A DNA stretch of 64,000 bases from Malacoraja senta (lineage: Eukaryota): NCBI GenBank assembly GCA_038087875.1, contig CM075993.1, positions 10,728,001 through 10,792,000 of the forward strand, written 5' to 3'. The translations under genes were made by a program, and so were the position numbers. Below, piece after piece: positions 40,138 to 52,244 of the stretch. Below the pieces are notes generated by a model, which saw only the letters and a program-made list of their open reading frames with translations, searched no databases and was not told the DNA's origin. Position 1 is the first letter of the stretch. The number at the start of each line of letters is the position of its first letter.

Positions 40138-40156
40138 GTGCAGCTGCTTCAGACGA

Positions 40157-40504
40157 GTCGGAGCGAATGACGGACATCGCACAGCGGCAGCAGCGGCCGC
40201 AGCGGCCACGACAGCAGCTCCATCTCCTCCTCCTCCCGCCAGCCCTGATAAGGGCCGCTTCTTGTAAACCCGCTAACGGAGATAACCGCTTTCAAAACAA
40301 ACCCTCCCGCACTCCGAGGCCTCCCCCTCCCTCTCTCCTCCCGGCCTCGGAGTGCGGGAGGATTTGTTTTGAAAGCGTTATCGCCGTTAGCGGATTTACA
40401 AGCAGCGGCCCTTATCAGGGCGGGCGGGGGGCGGGAGGAGGGGGAGTTGGAGCCGCTGTCGCGGCTGCTGCCGCCGCTGTTTGGGGCCCGTCATTCGCTC
40501 CGAC
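40157..40504. repeat. GC-rich imperfect palindrome (~165-bp arms, ~20-nt pyrimidine loop)
   Basis: gtcggagcgaatgacgg...gaggcc / ggcctc...ccgtcattcgctccgac. Confidence 0.9.
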
Positions 40505-40736
40505 CCTTCCTCACCCCGCACCTAGTTTCTTTCCCACGCACAGCCGCCGCCGACACGAAACATCGCGTTCCTTTTCTCCAGAGATGCTGCCTGGCCCGCG
40601 GAGTTACTCCAGTTTTTTGTGTTTTATCTTCAGTACAAACCAGTATCTGGTTGCCAAGCCGGGCAAAATGACTCGGTGTTTAGGTTGCCCGGCGGCGCTT
40701 TGAGTGGTCAGTGGCACCCAGGCAACCGCTAATTTC

Positions 40737-42025
40737 GAGCCCTGTGTTTATCAACATGAGGACCAAAGTTGTGCCAATGAAAGTCAAAGAAGCCATTATG
40801 AGACTGAGATACAAGAATAAACCTGTTGGAGACATCAGCCAAACCTTAGGCTTACTAAAATCAACTGTTTGGAACATCATTAAGAAGAGAGCACTGGTGA
40901 GCTTACTAAACGCAAAGGGACTGGCAGGCCAAGGAAGACCTCCACAGCTGATGACAGAAGAATTCTCTCTATAATAAAGAAAAATCCCCAAACAGATCAG
41001 AAACACTCTTCAGGAGTGGATTTGTCAATGACCATTGTCCACAGAAGACTTCATGAACAGAAACACAGAGGCTACACTGCAAGATGCAAACCACTGGTTA
41101 GCTGCAAAAATAGGATGACCAGGTTAGTTTGCCAAGAAGTACTTAAAAGAGCAACAACAGTTCTGGAAAAAGGTCTTGTGGACAGATGAGACGAAGATTA
41201 ACCTATATCAGAGTGATGGCAAGAACAAAGTATGGAGGAGAGAAGGAACTGCCCAAGATCCAAAGCATACCACCTCATCCGTGAAACACAGTGGTGGAGG
41301 TGTTATGGCCTGGGCATGTATGGGTGCTGAAGGTACTGGCTCACTTATCTTCATTGATGATACAACTGCTGATGGTAATAGCATAATGAATTCTGAAGTG
41401 TATAGACACATCCTATCTGCTCAAGTTCAAACAAATGCCTCAAAACTCATTGGCCGGCGGTTAATGCTACAGCAAGACAATGATCCCAAACATACTGCTA
41501 AAGCAACAAAGGAGTTTTTCAAAGCTAAAAAATGGTAAATTCTTGAGTGGCCAAGTCAATCACCCGATCTGAACCCAATTGAGCATGCCTTTTATGTGCT
41601 GAAGAGAAAACTGAAGCAGACTGGCCCCCAAAACAAGCATAAGCTAAAGATGGCTGCAATACAGGCCTGGCAGAGCATCCCCAGAGAAGACACCCAGCAA
41701 CTGGTGATGTCCATGAATTGCAGACTTCAAGCAGTCATTGCATGCAAAGGATATGCAACAAAATACTAAACATGACTACTTTCATTTACATGACATTGCC
41801 GTGTCCCAAACATTATGGTGCCCAGAAATGGTGGGGGACTATATAAACACTGCTGTAATTTCTACATCGTGTAACCAAAATATATAAAAATTGCCTTTAT
41901 TAAAATCTGACAATGTGCACTTTAACCACATGTGATTTTTTTTCTATTACAAATCTCAAATTGTGAAGTACAGAGGCAAATAAATAAATGATAGGTCTTT
42001 GTCTCACATATTATGGAGGGCACTG
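40737..42025 (+). mobile_element. Tc1/mariner DD34E transposon remnant: transposase 40756-41769 (disrupted) plus right long TIR
   Basis: WTDETK, QQDNDPKH and SPDLNPIE with 34 residues between the second D and E. In-frame stop at 41536-41538 and frameshifts. Ends ...GAGGGCACTG followed by TA. Confidence 0.93.
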
Positions 42026-44473
42026 TATTTGCATGATGCACACTGATCAAACAGAATCTCTCCACGTTTTATTTTTGCACAATCGTGCAATTTCCCGGAA
42101 CCATGACACATTTCACTGAACCTCACTGAATGAATCTAAGGTGTTCTTTTAATAACCGGTAGTTTCCCACCAATGTTAGGGTCACTGGACTTCAGATCCT
42201 TGTCTTGCCACTTAAATAAAGGCACATATTACCCCCATCCAGTTTAATTTAGTTTAGTATAAAGATACAGCGTGGAAACAGGCCCTTCAGCCCACTGAGT
42301 TCACGCCGACCAGCGATCCCCACGCATTAACACTATCCTACACACACTCGTGACAACTTACATTTGTACCAAGCCAATTAACCTATAAACCTGTACTTCT
42401 TTGGAGTGGGGGAGGAAACCAGAGATCCCGGAGAAAACCTATGCAGGTCAGGGGGGAAAGCGTACAGTCTCAGTATACACAGCACCTGTAATCAGGATCG
42501 AACCCGGGTCTCCAGCGCTGTGAGGCAGCAACTCTACCAGTGCACCACCGGGCCGCCCCAGTCTTCCGGTACTTGACCAGGTGGCTGAAGATGATACAAG
42601 CATCTCTGCCAAAGCCCCTGCAATTTCTTCTCTAACGTCCCACAATGTCCTTGGGTACACTTGGTTGGGCCTCCAGGGATTTATGCGCTTTAAGATCTCC
42701 AGCACCTCCTCTTTAGTAATGTGCACATGCTTTAAGACATCACTATTCTTTGCCCTGAATTCCCATGATATTCTCCATGGTAAAGACAGATTAGAAATAT
42801 TCATTTAAGACCTCGCCCATCTTCTGTAGCTCCACGCACAGACCGCCAAATTGATCCATTACGGGGGCCCTATTTTCTCCATGTTTACACTTTTGATAAT
42901 TTATGTACCAACTCTTGGCATTCTCCTTTACCTTATCTACTAAAGCTATCACCCCCCTAATCTCTCGTGTACACCTACGTCACTTATACATTTCAAAGGT
43001 TTCATGATCCAAGCTGCTTAAACATTTGTGCCCTTTTTCCTGACTAGAGCATCAATATCCCTCAGCAACCAGGGTTCCCTAATCTTGGCAGTAATTCATT
43101 ATAATTATTCCAAACAAGCGGAACAAACGCTACCAGACCATCCAACAAGGCATATTGCAGCCTTCTAGATTCAATATTATTTTCAACTATTTCATATAAA
43201 CAGCACCGCTGCCATTTTTATTTCAGGTCCCAGTATGCACAATAATAATGTTAGGTGTAGGATTTGTCCTGCAGATGCTGGTTTAAACCAAAGATAGTAA
43301 AAAAAGCTGGAGCAACTCAGCGGGTCAGTAGAAAACCTCTTGGAAGCCGGAAACAAACCCGAGTACTGAAGGTGAAATGTACAGTAATGAAATGATGGAA
43401 AAAGTGCAAACAAAAGCTGTTCAAATTAGCAGCAGCATAAATTAGCAGCTTTGTAGGTTGAATGAGTTCAAATAATAAAACCAGAGACTTGAACGCATCA
43501 CGGTACATTATTCAATTAAAGGGCTACTGCTAAATTTTGCTTTACACTGCAACATTTCAGTGAGGTCACCCACATTTTAAATTGCTTATTAAGTTTGTGC
43601 TATTATTGTTAATATAATTCAACAGCATGAATTTCTTCTGCTCTATGCATCTTCATTTTCAAATTTGCTGGCAAACCAGTTCACAGCAATCCCACATTGC
43701 TGACTACTTAAGCCAACGTAAGTCACAGAGGTCGAACACAATGATTTACAGAACTGACTGCCGCTATACAAGAGACAAGATGTAGAAAGCTATTCTCGTA
43801 ACAAATGCTTACAGAGGCTGCTGGAACAAAGTCTCCAGTAAGCTTGTGAGTGTCAGCTGATCATGAATGAGAAGATACTCTGTGCTCTCAAGTCTTTCAC
43901 AACCCAAGATGATCAGCTGCAGCTTGTCACAGAGACTGCCCCATCATTTCCTCACAATGATAGGTCACGGCCCAGGTTTACGCTGCTTCAGTGACAGATT
44001 AATTCACCATCATGAACCAACATACTTCTGCGTGCAAACTCAAATCATTTTTGCTCGACATCAGTGGACTGGAACATGTTCAAGACTACAGCGTCCAGCC
44101 TGAATGAGTATTCCTCAGGCATCAGATTGTGGACGCAGCCCAGACCGTCGCACAAACCAACCTCCCTTCCACTGACTCTATTTATATCTCACGCTGCCTT
44201 GGCAAGGCCAGCAGCATAATCAAGGACGAGTCGCACCCTGGATACTCCCTCATCTCCCCTCTTCCATCAGGCAAAAGGTAAAGAAGTGTGAAAACACACA
44301 CCTCCAGATTCAGGGATAGTTTCTCCCCAGCTGTTATCAGGCAAATGAATCATCCTACCACAACCAGAGAGCAGTCAACTACGATCGACCTCATTAGTGA
44401 CCCTGGGACTATTCTTGTTCAGACTTTGCTGGCTTTACCTTGCACTAAACGTTATTCCCTTATCATGTATCTA

Positions 44474-45813
44474 TCTATCTATACATACATAACTAAAACT
44501 CTGATCTTGTGCTCTTCCAGTTTGTGGGGTTTTCTATTTGTTTAAAAACGGTATGTGATAGCGCTATGATTTTTTTGCCAGGTTACTCACCGTTCTCATG
44601 TGCTGCGAGTGCAACACGTTTAGTTCCGATCGGTGGTATATTGTAAAAGTTATCGAGGTTAAAAATCTTTTAAAAGATTTTTTCAGCCAGCGCCACGCAG
44701 ATTGGTCTCTTCTCCTGTCAGTCAATGCGGCGGCCAGGATGGCGACGCCCATTCCTGCCCCACCGTCAGCCGCCTCACTCACAAACTACTCTCTCCCCTC
44801 CTCAAAGTAACTTGTCTATTATCTCCCCCACCACCGGCGGCCGCGGGGGAGGGGTTCAGTGGAGGCCCTGGTTCCGTCCCTCTCTCCCTCATCACTCACC
44901 CCCTCTCCCCGCCCACTGCGGCAATGGCGGTCCCAGGTCTGTCTCCTCTGCCGTGGTAACTCACCCTCACGGCCTTCTCGGAGATCTTCTCCACCAGCTC
45001 ATCGAAACTCGTGGTGCCCACCGTGATGAACACCGACTCCACCACCCCCCCTCCCCCCCCGCGGCGGCAGCGAGCAGGCAGGGACGGGCCGAGCGGCATT
45101 TCGGACAGGACACACACACTCGTCAAGTCAATGGGTTCTAAACCACAGCTAACAATGAATGACCTGTGGAGGATGGAACTGCAGATGCTGCTTTTTATGG
45201 ATGGAGGGAGGGGAGTGACTGAGGGTAGGGGACAGGGGAGGGATGGGAGGTAAGGGAGGGATGGGGAGGGGAGGAGGAGAGGGAAAGAGTGGGGGGATTG
45301 AGGGAGAGGAAGGGGTAGGGAGGGAGAGGGAGAAAGTGGGGGAGGGGAGGAGGGGAAAACAGTGAGAGGAGGGGAGGAGGGAGCGGGGAATAGAGGAGAG
45401 GAAGGCAGTGGGGGAGGTCAGGAGGGATAGTGGGGGTTTAGGGGGAGGCGAGGAGTGGGGGGGTTAGATGGATAGGAGGGGGGGTATGAAGGGTAGCGGG
45501 GTTTTGGAGGGAGGGAGGGAGTGACTGAGGGTAGGGAAAGGAGAGGGAGCGAGAGGTGTGAGGGATTGGGAGAGGGGAGGAGGAGAGGGGAAAGAGGGAG
45601 GGTGAAGAGGAGGGGGAGGGAGTGCTAGGGATGAGAGGAAATGAGCCGTGCCGGCAGAGTTGGGGGCTATGCGTGAGTGGTGCAATGTAGCGTTGGGGGG
45701 GACGGGTTGCATGGGGAATGGGTGAGTGGTGGAACATTGCATTGGGGAACGGGTTGCGTTGGGGGACCAGGCCTCCCATGTAACAGGGACCCAACGGGTC
45801 CCACTTAGTCTAG
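44474..45813 (+). mobile_element. Non-autonomous Helitron (1340 bp) carrying a captured gene fragment
   Basis: Head TCTATCTAT...TAAAACTCT and 3' hairpin GGGACCC-aac-GGGTCCC (45786-45802) followed by CTAG. Inserted at A/T within a Rex-like LINE 3'UTR (tatctA/Tacactgtaaatgg) with no TSD. Termini are shared with 7696-10886. Confidence 0.88.
44965..45042 (-). pseudogene. ALG13: Captured ALG13 exon 1 fragment, (V)ESVFITVGTTSFDELVEKISEKAVR, followed by a GTGAGT donor
   Basis: Matches the ALG13 N-terminal signature VFVTVGTTSFD. The start-codon position reads GTG. A splice donor follows codon 26. No further ALG13 exons were seen. Confidence 0.85.
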
Positions 45814-48800
45814 TACACTGTAAATGGCCCGATTGTAATCATGTATTGTCTTTCCATTGACTAGTTAGCACGCAACAAAAGCTTTACTCGGTACCTCGGT
45901 ACACGTGACAAAAAACTAAACTGAAACTGAACTGAGCAATACGTTGACAACTGTGAGCTGATCAGAACCATTAACCAGAACCCTTGGGAGATTCACTCTC
46001 TGTTAAAATCTGATCAAAATCTTTCAAGGACACCCTCCATACTGTACAAAGTCAAGTTTAATTTCTGCAACGCTATCAGGGCTGCTAAGAGAGAAGTTCA
46101 AAACAAGAAAGAGGCTCAATTCAATCAGTTCAGTTTAGTTTAATGTCACGTGTACCGAGGTACAGTGAAAAGCTTTTTCTTGCATGCTAACCCGTCAGCA
46201 GAAAGACAATACATGATTACAAGCAATCCAGTTAAAGTGTATGATAAGGGAATAACATTTAGTGCAAGACAAAGCCAGTCAAGGATAGTCCGAGTGACAC
46301 CAAAGAGGTAGATAGTAGTTCAGCACTGCTCTCTGGTTGTGGTAGGAAGATTCAGTTGCTTGATAACAGCTGGGAAGAAACTGTCCCTGAATCTGGTAGT
46401 TTGCATTTTCACACCAATCAAGCAGATGGCAGGAGATAATGGCAAGGCCTGCAAAACATCATGGGCTACAAGCCAAAATGTATGCGGGGGAGGGGACGAA
46501 GGGGATCTAGCAATGGCACATTTCTACCCAAGGTAGTTGTGGCAGGGGCTGAATACTATTACAGGCTACGTCAAAATGGGGTTGGACCCCCCCCCCCCTG
46601 TGTTTTCACAGGATAGCTCTTCGAAAGGATGCGGGCGAATGTGCTCGATTAACTACAGAGTTCAGAAGTTTTTCTTCAGAGATAAGAGAATGGGAAGATT
46701 TGGTACATTTTAAAATCATGAATGACTTTGCAAAACTAATGGAGAACGCACAGAGAAAAGTTGTTAATTAAGAAAAGGACATACGAGCGTAAAAAGAACA
46801 AGTTAAAATGATTAAAAAATGAACAACCCGAAAGGGTGCAGAAGCAATTTCATCAGAGACGACAATGACCAGGAAATGTATTTAAATATGCTGATATCTC
46901 ATCTCTCTTTTAATTCTTCTATTTCACCCGTGGGATGGTAGGGAACTCAGCCCTAAAGTGTAGTGGAACAAAAAGGGTCAGCACATTTAAGTATTACTAA
47001 GACAAACACTTGAACAAGAAATGTGTTAAAGAAGGAACTGCAGATGCTGGAAAATCGAAGGTACACAAAAATGCTGGAGAAACTCAGCGGGTGCAGCAGC
47101 ATCTATGGAGCGAAGGAAATAGGCAACGTTTCGGGCCGAAACCCTTCTTCAGACAAGAACTTGAACAAGAAACACTTGAACATCAAACCACAAACCAAAG
47201 TTGAGAAATGGGTTTAGAATCTATTTAGGTCCACTTTGGGCTTGGGGTGAACAACCTCTTTCTGCACTCTAGGATTTATGATGCTGCCTCAGATGGAATT
47301 TTCCATCACCTACATTCATTCTTTGCTCGTTCCATACTCGTTCCATACAGCTCGTTCCATACACCCACCACCCCTTATGTGAAAAAGTTACCCCTCAGAT
47401 TCCAATAAAATCTTTCCCTCTTCACCTTAAACCTTATGCCCTCTTGCTCTCATTTCCCCTACTCTGGGCAAGAGATTCTGTGCAAGAGACCCGAGCTATT
47501 GCTCTCATGATTTTGTACACTGCTGCGGTTCACGGCGGTATTTTGGGTTATGAACAGTTCATAGGAACAGAACACTACCGTAACCTGGAGAGGTCATAAG
47601 TGATAGCAGCAGAATTAGGCCATTTGGCCCATGATCAAGTCTACTCCACCATTCAATGATGGACCTGTAATGGATTTTCATATCACAAGCATTACAAGAT
47701 ATTTAATTGTATGGATTAAGTAAAGTTTAAGAGAAGTATTGTGGAAGATAGCAAACAATCAAATGCTGACCATTCTTTGTTGTGGTCTATTCAAGGTCGA
47801 AGGCTCATTTTCATTTCTATCTACCATGGCGATATTTCTAATCAACTAAATGGATTTAAACCTGAGGGGCATTCAAGTCTGAAGTAGGTACCAACTGTAT
47901 TTGTTGTGTACATTATGAAGTAGATGACTGGAAAAAAACCATCCTTCTCCTTGCCTCTGGCATGTCTAAACTTCCACTTTTATCTGTGATAATTCCTGTG
48001 ATAATTAAACAGATCAGGAATATTTTTTGGGAAGGAGGAAGAACCAAGTGTGAACTACAAACCCCATCTGAAGACTGAGGTGAGAAAAAGCTTTTTCACC
48101 CAGAGAGTTGTGAATTTGTGGAATTCCCTGCCACAGAGGGCAGTGGAGGCCAAGTCACTGGATGGATTTAAGAGAGAGTTAGATAGAGCTCTAGGGGCTA
48201 GTGGAGTCAAGGGATATGGGGAGAAGGCAGGCACGGGTTATTGATAGGGGACGATCAGCCATGATCACAATGAATGGCGGTGCTGGCTCGAAGGGCCAAA
48301 TGGCCTCCTCCTGCACCTATTTTCTATGTTTCTATGAAAATGGAAAGAAAGACAGAAATAAAAGAATGCAAAGCATTTTGAAATCTTCAACTCTGGCACG
48401 ATACAAACATTTCCATATTTCTAGGACAATCTATTTCATGTACCATCGTGAATGTATGCAAAGGCAGGAGGTGCAGTGAGCAGAATGTGAAAACAAGGGC
48501 ACGAGAGTTAAAATCAAGAGTTTGCTTGGCTGCAAGACTATGTAGGCCACCAAGCAATTGATGATCATTAACAGACACTCGGTACGGTTCAGACACGCGC
48601 AGGGAGTTTTGGAAAACAAGTTTACAAATGAGATGGGTCAGGCAGAAGGGCAGGTGATATACTTGTGCCTTGGAGGCAATAACAGACCAATGAATCAAAC
48701 GATGGTAGACAAAAGTGCTGGAAAAACTCAGCAGGTGCAGCATCATCTATGGAGGGAAGGAAACAGGCAACGTTTCGGCCCGAAACGTTGCCCGTTTCCT

Positions 48801-49583
48801 TCGCTCCATAGATGCTGCTGCACCCGCTGAGTTTCTCCAGCACTTTTGTCTACCTTCGATTTTCCAGCATCTGCAGTTCCTTCTTAAACAATGAATCAAG
48901 CGATGTTTAGTTTAGATATACAGCGCGGAAACAGGCCTTCGGCCCACGCCGACCAGCGATCCCCGCACATTAACACTATCCTATACCCACTAGGGACAAT
49001 TTTTACATTTACACCAAGCCAATTAACCTACATAACTGTACGTCTTTGGAGTGTGGGAGGAAACCGAAGATCTAGGAGAAATCCCACGCAGGTCACGGGG
49101 AGAATGTACAAACTCCATGCAGACAGCACCCATAGTCAGAATCGAACCCGGGTCTCCGGCGCTGCATTCGCTGTAAGACAGCAACTCTACCGCTGCGCCA
49201 CCCTGGCACCCTGGATGCTAGATTTGTATGGAGGATATCCTCAAGGCAGCATTTATGGGCCAAAGTTCACCTCAAATTTAAATATGACACCTAGATTGCT
49301 AACACTTTGTGTAGGAAGGAACTGCAGTTGCCGGTTTACATGGAAGGTAGATACAAAATGCTAGAGTAATTCAGCGGGTCAGGGGAGAGGGAAACTAGAG
49401 ATATGAAAAGGTACATTCATTTGTTCCTTGTACCTTTTCATACCTATAGTTTCCCTCTCGCCGACTCTCAGTCAGAAGGAAGCTCTTGACACAAAACGTC
49501 GCCTGTTCCTTTTGTCCAGAGATGTTGCCTGACCCGCTGAGTTACTCTAATATTTTATGTCCATCTTTGTTGCTAACACTTTG

Positions 49584-52244
49584 TTGCTTTGTTGCGCGCA
49601 TTCCACTCTCTAGGCCCTCACCCCCTCATCTTCACCATGGACGTCCAGTCATTGTAGCAATGTTACAAAATTTTGAGATTTAAAAAATAAAGTCTGCAAT
49701 TTATCCCATCAGATAAAGCATAAAAAGAAGTTTAATTTGACACTTAATTCACTTTCATATCTTCAGTATTAAAAAAGTTATGGCCATTATCATACTCAGA
49801 AATTAGCATCTAGTTCCCTATTGCTTTTCCATTGACTTAACACAAAAGCTGTGATCGAGGACAGTTAAAAGCCCATAACTTTCTTAAAAATTATGGTAAC
49901 TGAAAGAAATTTTCAGGTATTATAGATTGAAGCATTCTGAAACAAATATGAAACAATCTTACTTCGAAGACATGAAAGTAAAGCATATAATTAGTTAGTT
50001 ACCTAATTGTAGCTAATTACAAAATTCAATTACTAGATCTAAACATCTATCAATTTCTTAAGAATAGATTAACATTTTTAAATAGCCTAAGTGTCCAAAT
50101 AACATTCACACAATAATTCACAATATAACATAATTTTTAAATCTAATTTTCATGAATTTACAGGCCAAATGGAAGGAATTGAATGTTTAATACCTGTAAA
50201 TTAATGGGGATTTAATTCATCTTGCGAGTGAGAATTACTGGAACGCGATCTTTTGGAACGTTCATTTGCGGTGAATTTAACCCCGTATTGGCATGAAAAA
50301 TACTGCCGTTAATTCGGGGAATAAAATCACCGTGTCGCATGACAAAATGTGAATTAAAGGCTTCTTAAGAAGCACTTTTATACATTTAAAGAAAGCACTT
50401 TTGTTTACCTGTCCATTGTGTGAAATCCGTCCCCGTTATTGGCGTTGATGCTTCAGGAGCTGCTTTTAAAATGACTCTAGCGCTGACATTGACGATTTAA
50501 TTTAAAAAAAAAATTCACAAATCGCCGGTAGGAACGATTTTGTCAGCGAAGTTTTGTACTCCAACAAAATATTTCCAGGACAAGGGAGAAACCCGCGTTT
50601 TAACCCCGCCCCCCCCTTAAAGGCGCCAAAATCGCGCACACGGCCAGTGGCAGAATTACAGCGCGACTGAAGGTAAGTTTTGTAACATACCTAGTCATTG
50701 TACACCTCCATCCCCCACCAGGATGGACTCGAAGCCCTCCGGTTTTTCCTCGACCGAAGAAGCAACCTATACCCGGCCACTGACACCCTCCTCCGCCTAG
50801 CGGAGCTGGTCCTTACCCTCAATAACTTCTCATTTGACTCCTCCCATTTCCTCCAAATACAAGGCGTAGCTATGGGCACACGCATGGGCCCCAGCTACGC
50901 CTGCCTCTTTGTCGGGTACGTAGAACAATCCTTGTTCAATACGTACCAGGGCCCCATCCCCGACCTCTACCTCCGCTACATCGATGACTGTTTTGGTGCC
51001 AACTCCTGCACCCACACACAACTGACTGACTTCATCCGCTTCACCACCAACTTCCATCCAGCACTCAAATACACCTGGACCATTCCGACACTTCCCTACC
51101 ATTCCTTGACCTCACTATCTCCATCGCAGGTGATAGACCATACCGACATCCACTACAAACCTACCGACTCCCATGGCTATCTGGACTACACTTCTTCCCA
51201 CCCTGCTTCCTGTAAGGACTCCATCCCCCACTCTCAATTGCTCCGTCTACGCCGCATCTGCTCCCAGGATGAGGCGTTCCACACCAGGGCACCCGCAATG
51301 TCCTCATTCTTCAGGAACGGGGTTTCCCCATCTCCACCATAGATGAGGCTCGCACCAGGGTCTCTGCCATACCCCGCAACACTGCTCTCTCTCACCATCC
51401 CCACTCACAACAAGGGTAGAGTCCCCCTAGTCCTCACCTTTCATCCCACCAGCCATCACATACAACAAGTGATCCTCCGTCAGTTTTGCCACCTCCAACG
51501 TGACCCCACCACTCGCCACATCTTCCCATCTCCCCCCATGTCTGCCTTCTGCAAAGACCGCTCCCTCCGTAACTCCCTTGTCAATTCTTCCCTTCCCTCC
51601 CGTACCACCCCCTCCCTGGGTACTTTCCCTTGCAACCGCAAGAGATGCAACACTTGTCCCTTCACCTCCCCCTCGATTCCAATCAAGGACCCAAGCAGTC
51701 GTTCCAGGTGCGACAGAGGTTCACCTGCATCTCCTCCAACCTCATCTATTGCATCCGCTGCTCTAGATGTCAGCTGATCTACATCGGTGAGACCAAGCGG
51801 AGGCTTGCCAATCGTTTCGCCGAACACCTCCGGTTGGTCCGCAATAACCAACCTGACCTCCTGGTGGCTCAGCACTTCAACTCCCCCCTCCCATTCCGTA
51901 TCTGACCTCTCTGTCCTGGGTCTCCTCCATGGCCACAGCGAGCAACACCGGAAATTGGAGGAAATGCACCTCATATTCCGCTTGGGCAGTCTACATCCTG
52001 GTGGCATGAACATTGAATTCTCCCAACTCTGCTAGCCCTTGCTGTCCCCTCCCCTTCATCAGCCCTCTGGTTGTCTCCTCCCACCCCCCAGCCCTCGGGC
52101 TCCTCCTCCGCCTTTTTTCTTTTTTCCTTTCTTCTCCCCACCCCCTATCAGTCTGAAGAAGGGTTTCGGCCCGAAACGTTGCCTATTTCCTTCGCTCCAT
52201 AGATGCTGCTGCACCCGCTGAGTTTCTCCAGCATTTTTGTGTAC
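49584..52244 (+). mobile_element. Penelope-like element (RT + GIY-YIG), 5'-truncated, frameshifted, with a hammerhead motif at the 3' end
   Basis: Motifs TMDVQSLYTSIP, GVAMGTRMGP, YLRYIDD and LIYCIRC...YIGET. Flanked by a direct repeat ctttgttgctaacactttg (49565-49583 and 52245-52263). Confidence 0.92.
49655..50693. mobile_element. AT-rich non-autonomous TIR transposon (1039 bp) with a 7-bp TSD, inserted in the Penelope RT
   Basis: TIRs tagcaatgttacaaaa / ttttgtaacataccta. TSD GTCATTG at 49648-49654 and 50694-50700. Removing it restores MDVQSLYTSIP. Confidence 0.88.

Noticed and set aside
31538..42025. Left and right Tc1 TIRs as ends of one 10.5-kb element
   Set aside because: The left piece is truncated and lacks a flanking TA. 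An assembly gap and unrelated sequence lie between. Independent copies are more likely.
44896..45126. Functional ALG13 gene
   Set aside because: Lies within Helitron termini, the start position is GTG, and no later exons were found.
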